DNA from: Amoebophrya sp. A120
Lineage: Eukaryota > Protista > Dinoflagellata
Direction of reading: 5' to 3'
Length of the DNA stretch: 64,000 nt
NCBI GenBank assembly: GCA_905178155.1
Contig: CAJINV010000011.1
Coordinates: forward strand, 643,982-707,981
Of the stretch, positions 32,960-46,100 are shown piece by piece; position 1 is the stretch's first letter; each line of letters starts with the position of its first letter. The translations under genes were made by a program, and so were the position numbers. The notes under the pieces were generated by a model. That model saw only the letters and a list, made by a program, of their open reading frames with translations, was not told the DNA's origin and ran no database searches.

Positions 32960-35767
32960 CTAGCTGTGAAGAAGTTGCCATCAAGTGGTTAAGATTTTTT
33001 CGCAGAAGAGTATCACCTGGAAACACTTTGGGACTTGTGCTTCGTCGACCATATTGGTAGTGAGGTATTCATCATCTTCTTGCGCTCCTACTAGGAGTAG
33101 GAAATAAAACACCTTCTGGCAGATGAAGAAGATGAATAGTGTAGCCCAATATGGGAAGATGAGTTGCAAGGAAGTTTTTCCGGTTGATAACGCGCAGGAA
33201 AAGAAGTGAAAAACTGATGAAAACTTGATACTGCTAGTACACACTTTGGATTTTTGATAACACACTTTATTCCCTTGTTTGAACAAAATTAAAACCAATT
33301 CCAATCTATTACAGCAACTTCACAGCAATTTTCAACAAGAAAAAGACAACACTCAATGACAGTTTGAAGAAAATAAACCACAGCTTACAGCAAAAGTAAA
33401 AACATCCTACTTCAAATTTTATCCTTTAGTCAACAAAAATCCACTTCTAATCGGGCTGTTATCTCAACTTACTTTCTTTGGTCACTCTCGAGCACCACGA
33501 CCCCTTGCAGAAGAGGAGGAGGCACTTATTACTAGGGCATCTTCGAGTCACATCTCGAGAATGTGCAAGATAAAAGAACTTTTCTAGAGAACTAGGTGAT
33601 AGTTGGGTTTAGTTTACCGGGAGTTTTAGTTTCAATTTTCTTGTGCTTCTATCGAACTACAATTCGTGTGACGAAAGAACAGAGTCAGGCGAGGTTTCCC
33701 GCTCGGCGCAACGACATATTTCCAGCACCGTCGCTAGTAATCTTGTTTTGATATGGCGCACCGGTACTAAAAATGTTGACTGTATTCCCAAGGAGGTGCG
33801 TGCGATTGCGAACTTCGCATCGTAACGCTTGGGCTTGTCACATTTATTCAGAGAGCTTCTTTCCACTATTGTGATTTTATTTACACATTACAGATTGAGA
33901 TTTTACAGCAATTACAAAAGTTACCGAGTGTCAGTTTTTACAATCTATAGCATTTCACCAGGTTTCAGTTATTTTACTTTCAAATTTTACACATCAGAAA
34001 AGCAGAATGTCACCAAATTTTACAATTTTTAGCTAACACCTCCAAAAGCTTATGCTATCTTGAGAATACAACTTTTGTCTGCGAAATCACTTTGTTGTGC
34101 GATTTTGACCACTCGATTGTTTATTGTTTCTCTTGACAAGAACCAGATTTGTTACCCTTTATGAGTTTTTCTAGAAAAACGAAATCTAATTACCACCAGT
34201 CGCGAACTTTGCTTTTTTTCACCACCTATCTCAACAACAGACTAGAACCAATACTCCGCTTGATGCTATCCAACTGATTTTTTTTTTAGACCGATACAGA
34301 TACGAACAAATATTGAATTTGAGTTTCTTGCAAATATTGAATTTCGCACGACCGGATTGACAAATCAATACCCAAGTGCGCCGAGCCAGAATGGAAAATG
34401 ATAAAGCGATGAATATATTGCGAGTAACACAACTACTATCAAGCAGAGCAGCAATAAACAATAAAACAGCAGGAGGTTTCATGGGTCTCTTTTAGTGCAG
34501 ACAGGTGCCTAATCAGCAACGCAGCTTCATCGTCATGCGATAACGGAGTACATCACTATACTTGTTGAGGTGGGCTTGACTCTGTTTCACCCTACAATAC
34601 CATCGCCGAACTACTCTAATTTGGTTCTAATTATTTATTCGCGGGCCGATATTACAACTAGACAGCTCCTTGCCGCAAATATGCTCGCTCTACTGTGCCA
34701 GTCCATTATCAATCCACAAGCGAAGAAGTAGTTCGGGCGACACCAAGCGCCGTCAGACAGAGCAATGATTACTACTTTCTTATTGGAGAAAAAAGTAAGT
34801 ATCATTACTATCGTCCGGTGTTAAAACGAGACTGTCACGCAACGCAAGATAAATTATCCATCTCTACTTCAGTAGCATCACCTCTGCGACTACTAACCAC
34901 TGTGGCTAATGAGAAAAATGGGTATGCATCAATACGCTTGCAGTTTCGGACGAGACATCAAAACCAATGAAAATCATGTTTCAGCACATATATGATGAAA
35001 CAACGTGATCTCACTTTTACAAAAACGCAGGGTTTCATCGATCACAATTATTGGGAGGGCAAGGATTGTTATGGATTTGACGAGCACAGGACTCTACTGC
35101 GATCCATTTGGTTGAAAGAGAAGTCGCAATTTGAATTGCCGCTGTTGTTGACTGAAAAAAATTTGAATCGTACGACAAGTGTACTAGTTTCTAGAACTTT
35201 TTTCTCACCTTTTTATCCCGAAAAATATTTTCTGTCAAAGCGGAAAGCTGGGCTTTTGCTTTCGCCACTACAGAGGCCGCACGACCGGTGGAAGTTGTCA
35301 CGACTTTTTTGAAGCAAGTGTTCCCCCGTGGTCATGTGATAACAAGTGTGAATTAGTATTAGGCAAGAAAGCCTTTCTGCTTCTGCATCAAGGCGCTGAA
35401 TGATGACAGATGGCGGAACCAAGACCAGCGCGGGGAAGAAGATCACCTCAGTGGGTCTGAAGTAATTGTACAATTTGTCATGCCTGCTTGTTCCGCGATT
35501 TTTGCGTTTAGGGAACGAAATATAGCCAAGCTATCGATCCTCACCCACTAACCGTACTGGTATTCCTGGTCGAAGCACAAGCAGCCTTAATCTGTTGCAA
35601 CGAACCTGAACCAGCAGTCATTTAACTTCGACATACTACGCCTCAGGAGCATCATCGTATAGTACTCTCAGTCTCTCTGGTCGGAGCTCTCCAATAGCAC
35701 TACCTTCAAGGAGGACCAACTACAAACTAGCGTTTTATAATTTTCTCCACGCTCCTGCACCAAAAAG

Positions 35768-37171
35768 ATGATCTACTGCAACAAAATGGTCCACCTGATC
35801 CTCAACATGAAGGCGGTGTTCCTCCTTCTCTCCATGTTAATCTTCATTTTCGGGCAAAAAGTCAGCGGGGTGTTCTGGAAGACGAAGACAGTCGACCCGG
35901 TGTCGTCCTCGTGGCCGGGGGCTCCTCCTTCTGCTGCGGTCCTTCCAGGCGGAATATGTTGCGGGGTTGCGTCTGCGTCGTCGGCGGCTGCGGCAGGTGC
36001 AGTTCGAGTAGTTCCTCCGACCACTAGATCGGGTTGGAACTACCAAGCAAGGGAAACAACTTTTCCGCCCTACCTACTGCTAGTACCTCAGGTCGTTCAG
36101 GTGGACCAGCACGGGCGGCCGCAGGGCGGCCAACATCAACCGAAGAACTCCTGTTGCCTCCGCTTCAAAAATTATCTCGTCGGCTTGGGAATCTGCGTTG
36201 TCGCCGTTCCTACTGGGATATATCTGGAATTATTGAGCGAGGAGCGACCGCCTTGCGGCGACGCCGAGTACAAACTCTTCGATGTTTGGGGTCATCGCTA
36301 CTGTCTACCACAAAGCGATTTGCAGTGCCCGTGGACTTTTGACGAGCGGATGAAAACTGTTGCACCTTCTGACGTCGTGAGCCAGACCTTGCAGCAGATC
36401 ACGGACTGTGTCAACCGCGAACTACTGCCCGGGGAAGAAGGCACTAACGCCTCCACGTACTTTCTCGGGCCGAAGGTCGGCTGGTACAGAAACAGGGCGC
36501 GGAGCTTTCTTGTCTCCAACATTCCAACACCCTGGGTCGCGGGCTCGACGTCTTCCACCTCTTCGAGCGGTAGTTCTGACCCCACCCAGCAGGCGCTACA
36601 ACTCGAGCATGAGCTCTGGGAGCACTTGCGGAATGTACTCGAACAAGAAATGCAAAAAAGTGGAAATAACCTCGGAGGAGGTCCTCTGAGACCTCTCGAA
36701 CAAGACGAAGTGCTGAAAAAGATGCTTTCCGATCTTCTGCCAGAAGGAACATCACCAACCGACAGCTCCTACGTCACGGTCGTTGATGGTGACGGGGTCT
36801 GCAAGTCGTTTCTAGTGGTTTGCGCCTTGGACCAACAAGAAGGTTGGGGTCCTTTCACGAAGACAATGGGGTGCGAGCCGGCTCTGTCGCACATGAATAG
36901 GCAGGACCGGTCTTCCTTGAAAGAGAAGTTTGGGGTTCCTCAGGGACTCGAATTAGAGCCGCGGCACGTGATCGCGAAATGCATTAAAGATGTGGCACGA
37001 GGGCCGTCTACTGCCACTACTGCAGCTCCTGTGACGGCGTGGTCGGATCTAGGACGTCGAGTGTCCTCGTCGGCAGGAGGAGGCGACGTGGTCATGGAGC
37101 AGGATGGAAAAAATGCAGGAGAAAAAACGGCAGGACCAGGAGTTCTTGTACAACTGGGAGCAGACAAATGA
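35768..37171 (+). CDS. hypothetical membrane/secreted protein (467 aa)
   Basis: N-terminal hydrophobic segment (AVFLLLSMLIFIFG), second TM-like segment (YLVGLGICVVAVPTGIYL) and a Cys-containing C-terminal part. Confidence 0.7.
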   Translation: MIYCNKMVHLILNMKAVFLLLSMLIFIFGQKVSGVFWKTKTVDPVSSSWPGAPPSAAVLPGGICCGVASASSAAAAGAVRVVPPTTRSGWNYQARETTFPPYLLLVPQVVQVDQHGRPQGGQHQPKNSCCLRFKNYLVGLGICVVAVPTGIYLELLSEERPPCGDAEYKLFDVWGHRYCLPQSDLQCPWTFDERMKTVAPSDVVSQTLQQITDCVNRELLPGEEGTNASTYFLGPKVGWYRNRARSFLVSNIPTPWVAGSTSSTSSSGSSDPTQQALQLEHELWEHLRNVLEQEMQKSGNNLGGGPLRPLEQDEVLKKMLSDLLPEGTSPTDSSYVTVVDGDGVCKSFLVVCALDQQEGWGPFTKTMGCEPALSHMNRQDRSSLKEKFGVPQGLELEPRHVIAKCIKDVARGPSTATTAAPVTAWSDLGRRVSSSAGGGDVVMEQDGKNAGEKTAGPGVLVQLGADK

Positions 37172-37324
37172 AAGCCAATGATGGTGATCATATCTCGCGT
37201 CGTCGAGGTCGACTCGAGCTCTAATACAGTTCGTCAAAAAGAAATAAAGTACACCTTAACTGTAGACTCACGGTCCTCACGTCGAGCAGGTCAGTACCGA
37301 CAAGAAGTCCCAAGGTCTACTTTC

Positions 37325-37699
37325 TGTTGATCGGTAGATCTTGCCACTTGAACACTTGTGTCTTGCCTTTACCCGCGGGTGACAAAAAACTTCTTCCTGA
37401 TTGTTTTGCTCAATCTTGAGCCAACGGCTCACAACAAAATTATACAGGTTGCATCGTGTCTCACATGTTCCAGGGTCTATCTAGATGTGAATCAACGTAA
37501 TGAAACCTAGTGGCCGATTGGCAAAAAAACGGGTAGGCAAAAGTAAAAAAACATTCCCCAAAAAACGATTTCTTCATGCGACTCGGCGATATCAGTACGA
37601 TGTACACGATTCAGAAAAAAGCTCAACCGAGTAGTCACGACCAAGAAGAAAGCAAGATCTTGACCGATGAAGATAGGTGTGAACATTCTGTGAACAACA
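37325..37699 (-). repeat. long terminal repeat (3' LTR)
   Basis: TGTTG/CAACA inverted termini with an adjacent PPT, downstream of the RNase H ORF. Confidence 0.8.
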
Positions 37700-37940
37700 C
37701 CCCTCCTCAAACTAGTCACTAGACCTGGTTTTTGCCTGGAAGTGTAAAACTCTGGTCGTGCTCGTTTGCTGTGTAAATGAAACTCATACTGTAGGTAAGA
37801 TAAATGCTACTGCTACTGATGTTGCTTGTGGTAGAAGAAAAATACTTTACTATGACTGGATGACAAATTTGCATGACAGATCGGCAACTGTTCGCTTGTT
37901 TCCTGGACTTCATGAATTAATTTTTATACACGGGAAATCT

Positions 37941-38432
37941 TCAAGAGTTAATCATACTGAGGAGGAAGTTATGAACTTTTATTGGTAGTGATTTTGTCAG
38001 GATGTCTGCGTACTGGTATTTGGTTGACACATGGATTACTTTTATTTCGTTCTTTGCATGTAGATCTTTTACAAAATTGTATCTGATGTCTATGTGCTTG
38101 GTTTTTCTCGTGCTATCGGTTTGCGAAACAAGGTCTATACAAGATTTGTTGTCTTCAAAGATTGGCGTCGGTGATTCCTTCACGTCGGGAATTTTCGCTG
38201 TCTTATGCAGGCTGGATAAAAGTTGCCTGTAGTACAGTATTTCTCGCGAGCATTCGCTCACTGCGTAGTACTCCGCTTCGGTACTACTCAGGGAAACAGA
38301 TTTTTGCGTGATGCTCTGCCAAAAAATCAAGTTACCGGCAAAGAAAATCAAAATCCCGGACGTGGATCGGCGGTCTTCAGAATTGCCCCAATCGGCGTCG
38401 CTGAAGCCTATGATCTCGTCACCGGATGGCAC
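37941..38432 (-). pseudogene. Ty1/copia pol fragment, RNase HI domain
   Basis: GFSDADWG...RRSTSG, WQSITQKSVSLSSTEAEY, IFEDNKSCI, KTKHIDIRYNFVKD, ADILTKSL. No RT or integrase upstream. Confidence 0.9.
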
Positions 38433-40155
38433 ATGCGTACAGGCCTGAATTTCTAGCGGTTTATCACCGCGGAAAACGACACCTCGAGCAGGTCAGCACC
38501 GCGGTTCCTCACGTCGAGCAGGTCAGTACCGACAAGAAGTCCCAAGGTCTACTTTCTTGACGTACAACTTATTGATCATTCTTACGCAAAAGAGGAGTAG
38601 TTGAGCGCTTTTTGATATTGAAACGCAAACACAAGTTTTCCATCATGAAACAAGCAGTTTTCGAAACTAAGAGAATTTTTCGTGCTTGTCGACGAAGATG
38701 TTCTTGAAACTCTAGATTTACAGCTGACGAGTCTGAAGTAATGGCACAGGTTATCATCCCTGCTTGTTCCGCGATTGCGTTTAAGGGCAACAGCCTGGAA
38801 GTTCCTCTGCGCGTTGTAGGGTGTGCAAGATTTTGCTTTGGTTTTGCCATTTCCTCGCCACGACCTTGATCCGTTTCCACAACATGCGTAGATCCATTGA
38901 TAGCTCTTCAGGCTGGAGCCATAGAAGCGCAACCTTCCTGCTCGGATTGTAGTTGACCTCCACAGAGGACGGCAACAGTACATCTAGATTTGCTCGCACC
39001 CTCGCGCATGTGGCATTTTCATTTCCCCTGGCCGGAATTTTTTAGAGGTTCTCGGACGAAGATGGCAGCTTCAGGTCGTTTTGTGTTTTGGCCTGCCGAC
39101 GGCGCGAAAGGTAAAGTAGTATGTAATGATGTACGTGAATGACAATGATCTCGCTCTTTTTCCTCCATTACCAATGCCAGTGACAACTTTTCGTGATAAA
39201 GCCAAAGGTTGGAGCACCGTATGAAATAGTCAAGGAAGTTCAGACTAGAAGTCTTTCGGAACAAAAAACGGCTCGATTAAGTCTTACTTATCCTCGTTCT
39301 TGAAAGTAAGTACGTCTTCTGTATAGCTTGAAAGTACGTATTATCTTCTTTATTGCTTTATGCTTTGAGGTCCACTAGCTGTAGCTACCCCTCAAAAAAG
39401 AAATTTCTTTGTCTTCGACAGCTGCAATGTTGGCCAGTTCTCGCTGCGCCATGGGGCTGCCTGTGGTATGTCTTGTTACCTTTGGTCTTTGTGGTTGATA
39501 AAATTCTTTTTCCCCCCAGGATTAACATAAAGAAGCTTGAGGCACTGTAAACGAAAAGATGCTGGCGCGGGCCCGCAGTTGAAGCAGAACAACTTCCCGC
39601 AACAGTAGGTACTTCTATACCCGTGGTCACTATCGCCGCGCCCCCGCCCGGCTACACCGATCGGAACTACGAAGAGCACTTTCAGAAGTTGTGAAAAAAT
39701 AATTACCCACCTCCTCCCGGTATCGTCGAAATCATTGTCATCTTTGCCCCCACGACGTCGTCCCCTGCGGTAAGGACTACCTCCCAGTTGTGGAACAGCA
39801 CTAAACGAAAGGAGAAGAACTACAAGCATTGCCGTCGTACTACTACCCAATAAAAGGATAAGAATAAAAAAAAAGAAAACTACCCGCACCAGACTTGTAC
39901 TTAATACGAAAGACGTCGTCACTCATTACCGCTCAACGATATTGTGATACCCCAGATCATCCTGCGTCGTGGCCATCGATCTACGTCTGTCTCCGATTAT
40001 CGAGAAGTTTATTACCCAGTAGCTTCCCACCCGTCGCGGCAGCAGTACTTCTTCATCAAGGAACTCACGGAACAACTCCACGTGAAACACCTTTTCTTCG
40101 AAAAATATCTGTACCCGATTTCTTCCACGTCAAACACCTGTACCACCTTATTTAG

Positions 40156-43100
40156 TATTTGGAGCGGCCCTCTGTCATACCCACAAGCTATAGAAGTCGC
40201 GACGTTTTCTTCACAGCCAGGAACGAAAAATCCACCGAAAAACCGGTCGAGATAAAAACCGGACGAGTTACGAAACGCGAACACGAGGACCAGCGTACGG
40301 AAAAATCAATTTTGCTACACCTCCACAAATATGGATTGTAAAAACGTCTGGGTCTGGATGCTGGGTGGCGTATCATGAGGAGGCCACAAGTGCTGGCTCA
40401 GCATGACAAGTTTCTGAGCTTCTATATGATGCCTATTCTGCATGACAAACTGCGTTTTTGCATGACAGAAAAGTGGGGCTCTTGAGTAACGTGCATGACA
40501 GATTTAAGAGTCACTCCAGACAAGCATGACAAACTTGCAATCTTCCAGACCCAGACACTTTCGCTACTACACCTCAACAAAAATAAACTTGTGTGCGTTG
40601 TACTACTACCTAACAAGCCGGAATTTTTCAAGCAGGAACAGAATGGAAAAGAGACAATCCATCTCGCCAAGCGCCAGCCTCGGCTTGCCGCGCAAGGAGA
40701 GAACAACCGGGTCTTACCGCTCTCCGTCGTACAACCGGTCCTCGGATCAACAAAAGAACCGCAGGTTTGATATTATACTTTGCAAATGATTTTTTTGAGT
40801 TCTGATCGATTCGGCGTTATTGTCCAAAATTTTGGGTAAAACTAAAAAACGTTTTTGTCGTCAAGGCGTTTAAGGAACCGTGGCATTTTTCGCATTCTGT
40901 CATTTTTTCAGTGACCACGACGGCCTTGCCTATTAAAACAAAAACTCTCGTCAGTCCTGCGAAGTCGCGGCCCTCGACCCCTGTTCGGCGAACCCCCACT
41001 GAGTGGTTTGAGTTCTCGCGATCGCGGGAGGTGATTGCGTCGGACGAAGAGATCCGGTCTGAGGAGAACAAGTGGAATCGGGCGTATGAAATGTAAAAAT
41101 GTCTGGGTCTGGAAGATTGCGAGATTTGTCATGCAGATTTTCCATGACCCACGAGGTCTGGAATGCGGCGCCGAGCGTGACAGAGTCTGTGAGGTCTCTG
41201 CCATGCCTATAATGCATGAGAAACTACCTCCCAACTTGGTCGAAAGTGGACAGCTTTTGGCACTCATGCAACACAGATTTTTGCATTATTCGGATTTAGC
41301 ATGACAATTTAATCTTCCAGACCCAGACATTTTTGCATTTGATAGGGCGTCTCCCCGAACAAATCTTGGTCTTCTTCAAGGACGAGGACAACAAGAAGAG
41401 TTACACCAAGAAGAGCTGGTGCACAGCAACAACTCCGTGCATCATGAGGACCAGCAGAGCAAGGATGATTATTCTGTGCAAGTGCAAGACTCGGAACATC
41501 TGTCGCAGCATTTCGAGCACTCTGATGTTGTGTACGAGAACCGGGGCGAGGCAACTCAACATAATTCTCCTGAGCAAGATCATTCGGAATCGGAACATGA
41601 GTCGCAGTCCGAGCACTCTGTGCACGACCAGAGCTGCGAGGAAAATCATTCGGAGCAAGATCAATCGGAACAGCAGCAGGCGCAGTCCGAATACTCTGTG
41701 CACGACGGCGAGGCAAATTATTCTGAGCAAGATCATTCGGAATATGAATCGCAGTCCGAGCACTCCGTGCACGATGGCGAGGAAAATCAACATTTTGAGC
41801 AAGCTTATTCGGAACAGCAGGCGCAGTCTGAGCACGACTCCGTGCACGACCAGAGCTGCGAGGAAAATTATTCTGAGCAAGATCAAAATCAATCGGAACA
41901 TCAGTCGCAGTACGAGCACTCTGTGCCCGACGGCGAGGCAAATCATTCTGAGCAAGAGTCGGAGCTGCAGCAGCAGTCGCAATCAGAGCACTCCGTGCGC
42001 GACGGCGAGGCAAATCAGCATTCTGAGCAAGATCATTCTGAACAGGAGTCGCAGTCCGAGGACGACTCCGTGCACGACCAGAGCTGCGAGGAAAATCATT
42101 CTGAGCAAGAGTTGTCCGGGCGCGGGCACCAGTTGTCCGAGCAGCCAATTTCGGCGCAGCAATCGGGGCAGCAGTCCTCGTCGCACCACCACCAACATCA
42201 ACAACGACAGACACTGCAGTCGGAGGACGAGGAGGAATCCTCTGTCGCGGGATCCTCTGTCGCGGGACAATTGGAGGAAAACGGAGGTGATCGCAGTAGC
42301 TCCGAGAATAACTTCCACGACAACCACGACTCAGGGACGCAGCAACGGGAAGTCATGCAGCACAGTAAGAACAATGTTGCCTCGGTGGATTTTTATACTG
42401 AACAAGAGATGTTGAGTGGGGAAGACGAAGATCAATATCAAAATGAGAATGACCACAGTGAAGATGAAGATGACCAACAGGCAGTAGATCATCATCGGGC
42501 CGCCGCACCAGATGGGTTTTTATCGGGTGAGGACGCTGATAGAAGCGACGACGTTAGCGAGGATGAATCTCGATCTCTGGTCGGCCGTTCCTCTTCCGTA
42601 TTGAGATCGGGTGAAGACGCTGATAGGAGCGACGACGCGGATGATAGTGAATCTAGGTTTACTGTGGTCAACCGTTGTTCATCTTCCGTGGTTCAATGCT
42701 GCCAGGATAAAGATAGGAGTATCCACGAACAGCAGCAGGAGGAGGAGGAGGAGAGCCTTGATGAGGCCGCCGCAGACTCTACTGCTCACCGGGTTCCATC
42801 CCACAACCAGAAATTCTACCGACGACCCGACGAAGGGAAACTGCAGCATGAAGGTCGTGGAAGCTCCTGCGGCGCAGTGAACGAAGATGGTGTTGGGGTC
42901 TCATCCTCGGCGGAAAATGATGATAAGCATCCCGTTGACAACGGAAGTGTTAGTGGCGAAGAGGAACAAAGCGATAATCTTGACCATGAACAAGAACGGC
43001 AAGTGGCAGTAGGTTCTGCGGACGGTGACCAAGAGCATGACGTTGAATACAGTGATTCAGACCCGGACGATAACTCGCATGCGGTGGCTTCTGAACAGCC

Positions 43101-46100
43101 TTCCCATCATTTTATTGCGCCACAAAAATCTTCGCAACTACACGAGGAGAAAGAAAATCGCGTGTCCAGCGGCGGCTATCGCGCAGAATCAGAGCCGAAT
43201 GTCGAGAGCAACGGTGAAGTGGAACCTCCAGGGGAACAACACGGCAACCACGGTCAGGGCGGGTTTCGTGGCAACGATAGTATAAAGATGGATGAAGGAG
43301 CTGCTGCAGCACAAGAACTACTATTACATCAACCGCAACAAGATCAAGAAGTGGGTCGTGTTCTTCCGGCTGCACAAAAATTTCAATTACCCGCGTCTTT
43401 CTTCAGCCTAGAAAGCGTCTCGGGCTCTACATGCCACGGCAACCCCAGACAAGACGGCCGCAAGTTGTTTCTGGAATCGCTGAACAAGCATGGTGGCGGT
43501 GTGCCGACGAGGGAGCAAGGCGGGGGAGACTCAAAAAATGCATTTATTTCATCTCCGCACGAGGACGGCCACGGAGAAGAAAATCAAACTTGTCACCAAC
43601 AAGACCACCATCACCCCAGGAAGTTGTTCTTGTCACCGATAGGAGAAGAAACTTGTCGCTCTCTTCGTAAGAAAAAGATGTTGTACAGGAACGTGCCATT
43701 CGGCGGGTTGCAGGAAGAAAAACTGCTTGAGCTGGGGCAATTGTCACAAAGCAGCGAGGACGGTGGACGAAGGTCATCGAGAAGCGAGATTATGGCGGAA
43801 CATCAAGAACGCTCTAATTCCTCTTCACGGCCACAGGTGGAGCAACAAGAAGAAGTGTTGTACAAGAAGAAGCGTCGTTCACATATAGTGTTGTACAGGA
43901 ACGTGCCTTTTGCTGGGTTAGAAAAAGAAGAGCTGCTGGTGGACGGGGTTTCTTCTTCGGAAAATGAGAGCAGCGAGGACTACAGCGAGGGTAGTGGTGG
44001 ACAAATACAGGGAAGCGATGAAAACGATAGGTCGGAAGCAGATGCGGTCGACGTCCAACTAGGCAGTAACAACCAAGAACTTGCTCCTGTTGATCCTGGT
44101 GAAAATGAAAATCACCATGTTGAACATTTGGGAGGAGGAGGAGGAGGTGAACAACACCAGGTTGCAGTAGTTTCTGGTGTTGACAATGACGAATCAAGCT
44201 CAAGCCCTGAAGAGGAAGAAGACGAAGAATCCCCGTCTGTGCAACAGGAAGTGGGGGTCGTGGTTAACAACCTCGCCCAGCACCAGGGGCAGCACAGCCC
44301 GGCGGTGAACAACGTGGATGATGAGTCAAGCTCAAGCGCTGAAGAGGAAGAAGACGAAGAATCCCCGTCTGTGCAACAGGAAGCGGGGATCGTGGTGAAC
44401 GTAAACAACCTCGCCCAGCACCAGGGGCAGCATAGGCCGGCGGTGAACACCGTGGATGATGAGTCAAGCTCAAGCTTTGAAGAGGAAGAAGACGAAGAAT
44501 CCCCGTCTGTGCAGCAGCAAGTGGCGGGAGTGGTTAACAACCTCGCCCACCAGGGGCAGCACAGGCCGGCGGTGAACAATGTGGACCAGCAGCACCAGGT
44601 GCAGCACGGTGTTCTTGCGGGGGGTGCACCAGCGTCCTCCAGCGAAGACGGGTCCTCCAGCGGATATGACAGTACATTCAGTGAACCGGCGGTGAACAAC
44701 CTTGGTCAGCAGCACCGGGGGCTGCGCGTGCCGGCGGTGAACAACGTGGACCAGCAGCACCAGGGGCAGCGCATGCCTGCGGTGAACAACCTTGGCCAAC
44801 AGCACCAGGGGCAGCACAGGCCGGCGCCGGGGGGTGCACGTGCAGCGTCCTCCAGCGAAGACGAGTCCTCCAGCAGAGAAGATGACAGTGGTTCCAGTGA
44901 AGGTGACAGTGAGACGAGTGAAGAGGACCACCCCCAAGAAGGAGCGCATCAGATGAACAACAACCCGCAAGCTCCTGGATTAAATCGTGATGATCAACAT
45001 CGCGGTCACGACGATAACTCCTCGGAGGGGGAAAGCGGCACAGATTCATCTTCGGAGGAAAGTGAGGATTTGCAGCCGGAGCAAGAAGGTACCAACCCAG
45101 TTGTACAGAACAACGCGCCAGCACCGATGCAGCAACATCAAGTCGTCCAGGGTGGACAACAACATCAGCACCAGGGCGCGGTTGCGAACGAGGGATCATC
45201 TTCCTCTTGGGAAACAGATTCATCTTCGGAGGAGAGTGAGGATGCGCAGCCGGAGCAAGGAACTGCTGCGGTTGTACAGAACGCGCCGCCACCGATGCAG
45301 CAACATCAAGTCCAGGGTGGAGGACAACAACACCAACACCAGGGCGCTGTTCTTGCGAACGAGGGATCATCTTCCTCTTGGGAAACAGATTCATCTTCGG
45401 AGGAAAGTGAGGATTCGCAGCCGGAGCGAGGAGCTGGTGCGAACCCAGCTGTACAGAACAACGCGCCGCCACCGATAGTACAGCATCAAGTCCAGGGTGG
45501 AGGACAACAACACCAACACCAGGGCGCGGCTCTTGCGAACGAGGCATCATCTTCCTCTTGGGAAACAGATTCGTCTTCAAGCGAAGATGAATCGACCGCA
45601 GAAGGCGCTGCGCAGTCAGATGAGGAAGAAGCTGATAATTATTCGGGAGAAGAGAGCAGCGTAAGCGCACAGATCATGCAGCCGGAGCAAGACGGACAAC
45701 CACTACACCAGGGCGAGCAGGTTCTTGCAAGCGTCGAAGAAGCATCTGCAGAAGCTGAAAGTGACGGTGCGGAGTCGGAGCAAGAAGGTGGTGACTCAGC
45801 TGAACAACAAGTAGAGAGCGCACAGATGATGCAGTTGGAACAAGAGGGACAACACCAGGCCGAGATAATTGCAAGCGCGGAAATGTTTTTAGCGCGCGAC
45901 GATTCGTTGTCGGAGCACGGAGCTACTTCCGGTGGAGAGAGCGACCGACGAATTCCGCTGGGACCAGACGGACAAGTACAACTGGGCGAGGTTCTTGCGT
46001 CATCAAGCGAGGAATCCTCCTCTGGAGAAGAGGAAGAAGATGAATCCAGCGCTTCGTCCTCTGGGGATGAAGCTGCACCAGCAGGGCCGCAACAAGATGA

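Larger units (their letters stand above)
37325..38460 (-). mobile_element. truncated Ty1/copia LTR retrotransposon (RNase H, PPT and 3' LTR only)
   Basis: RNase H ORF 37941-38432 (-); polypurine tract GAGGAGGGG (37708-37700, -) directly before a 375-bp LTR TGTTG...CAACA (37699-37325). The right boundary is approximate. Confidence 0.85.

Noticed and set aside
33000-35700. AT-rich stretch searched by eye for tRNA, rRNA, snRNA or a transposase for the introners
   Set aside because: No recognisable RNA gene or DDE ORF. No autonomous partner element is visible in this window.
41309-42415. Overlapping repetitive ORFs in other frames and on the - strand
   Set aside because: By-products of the stop-poor coding repeats of the giant gene.
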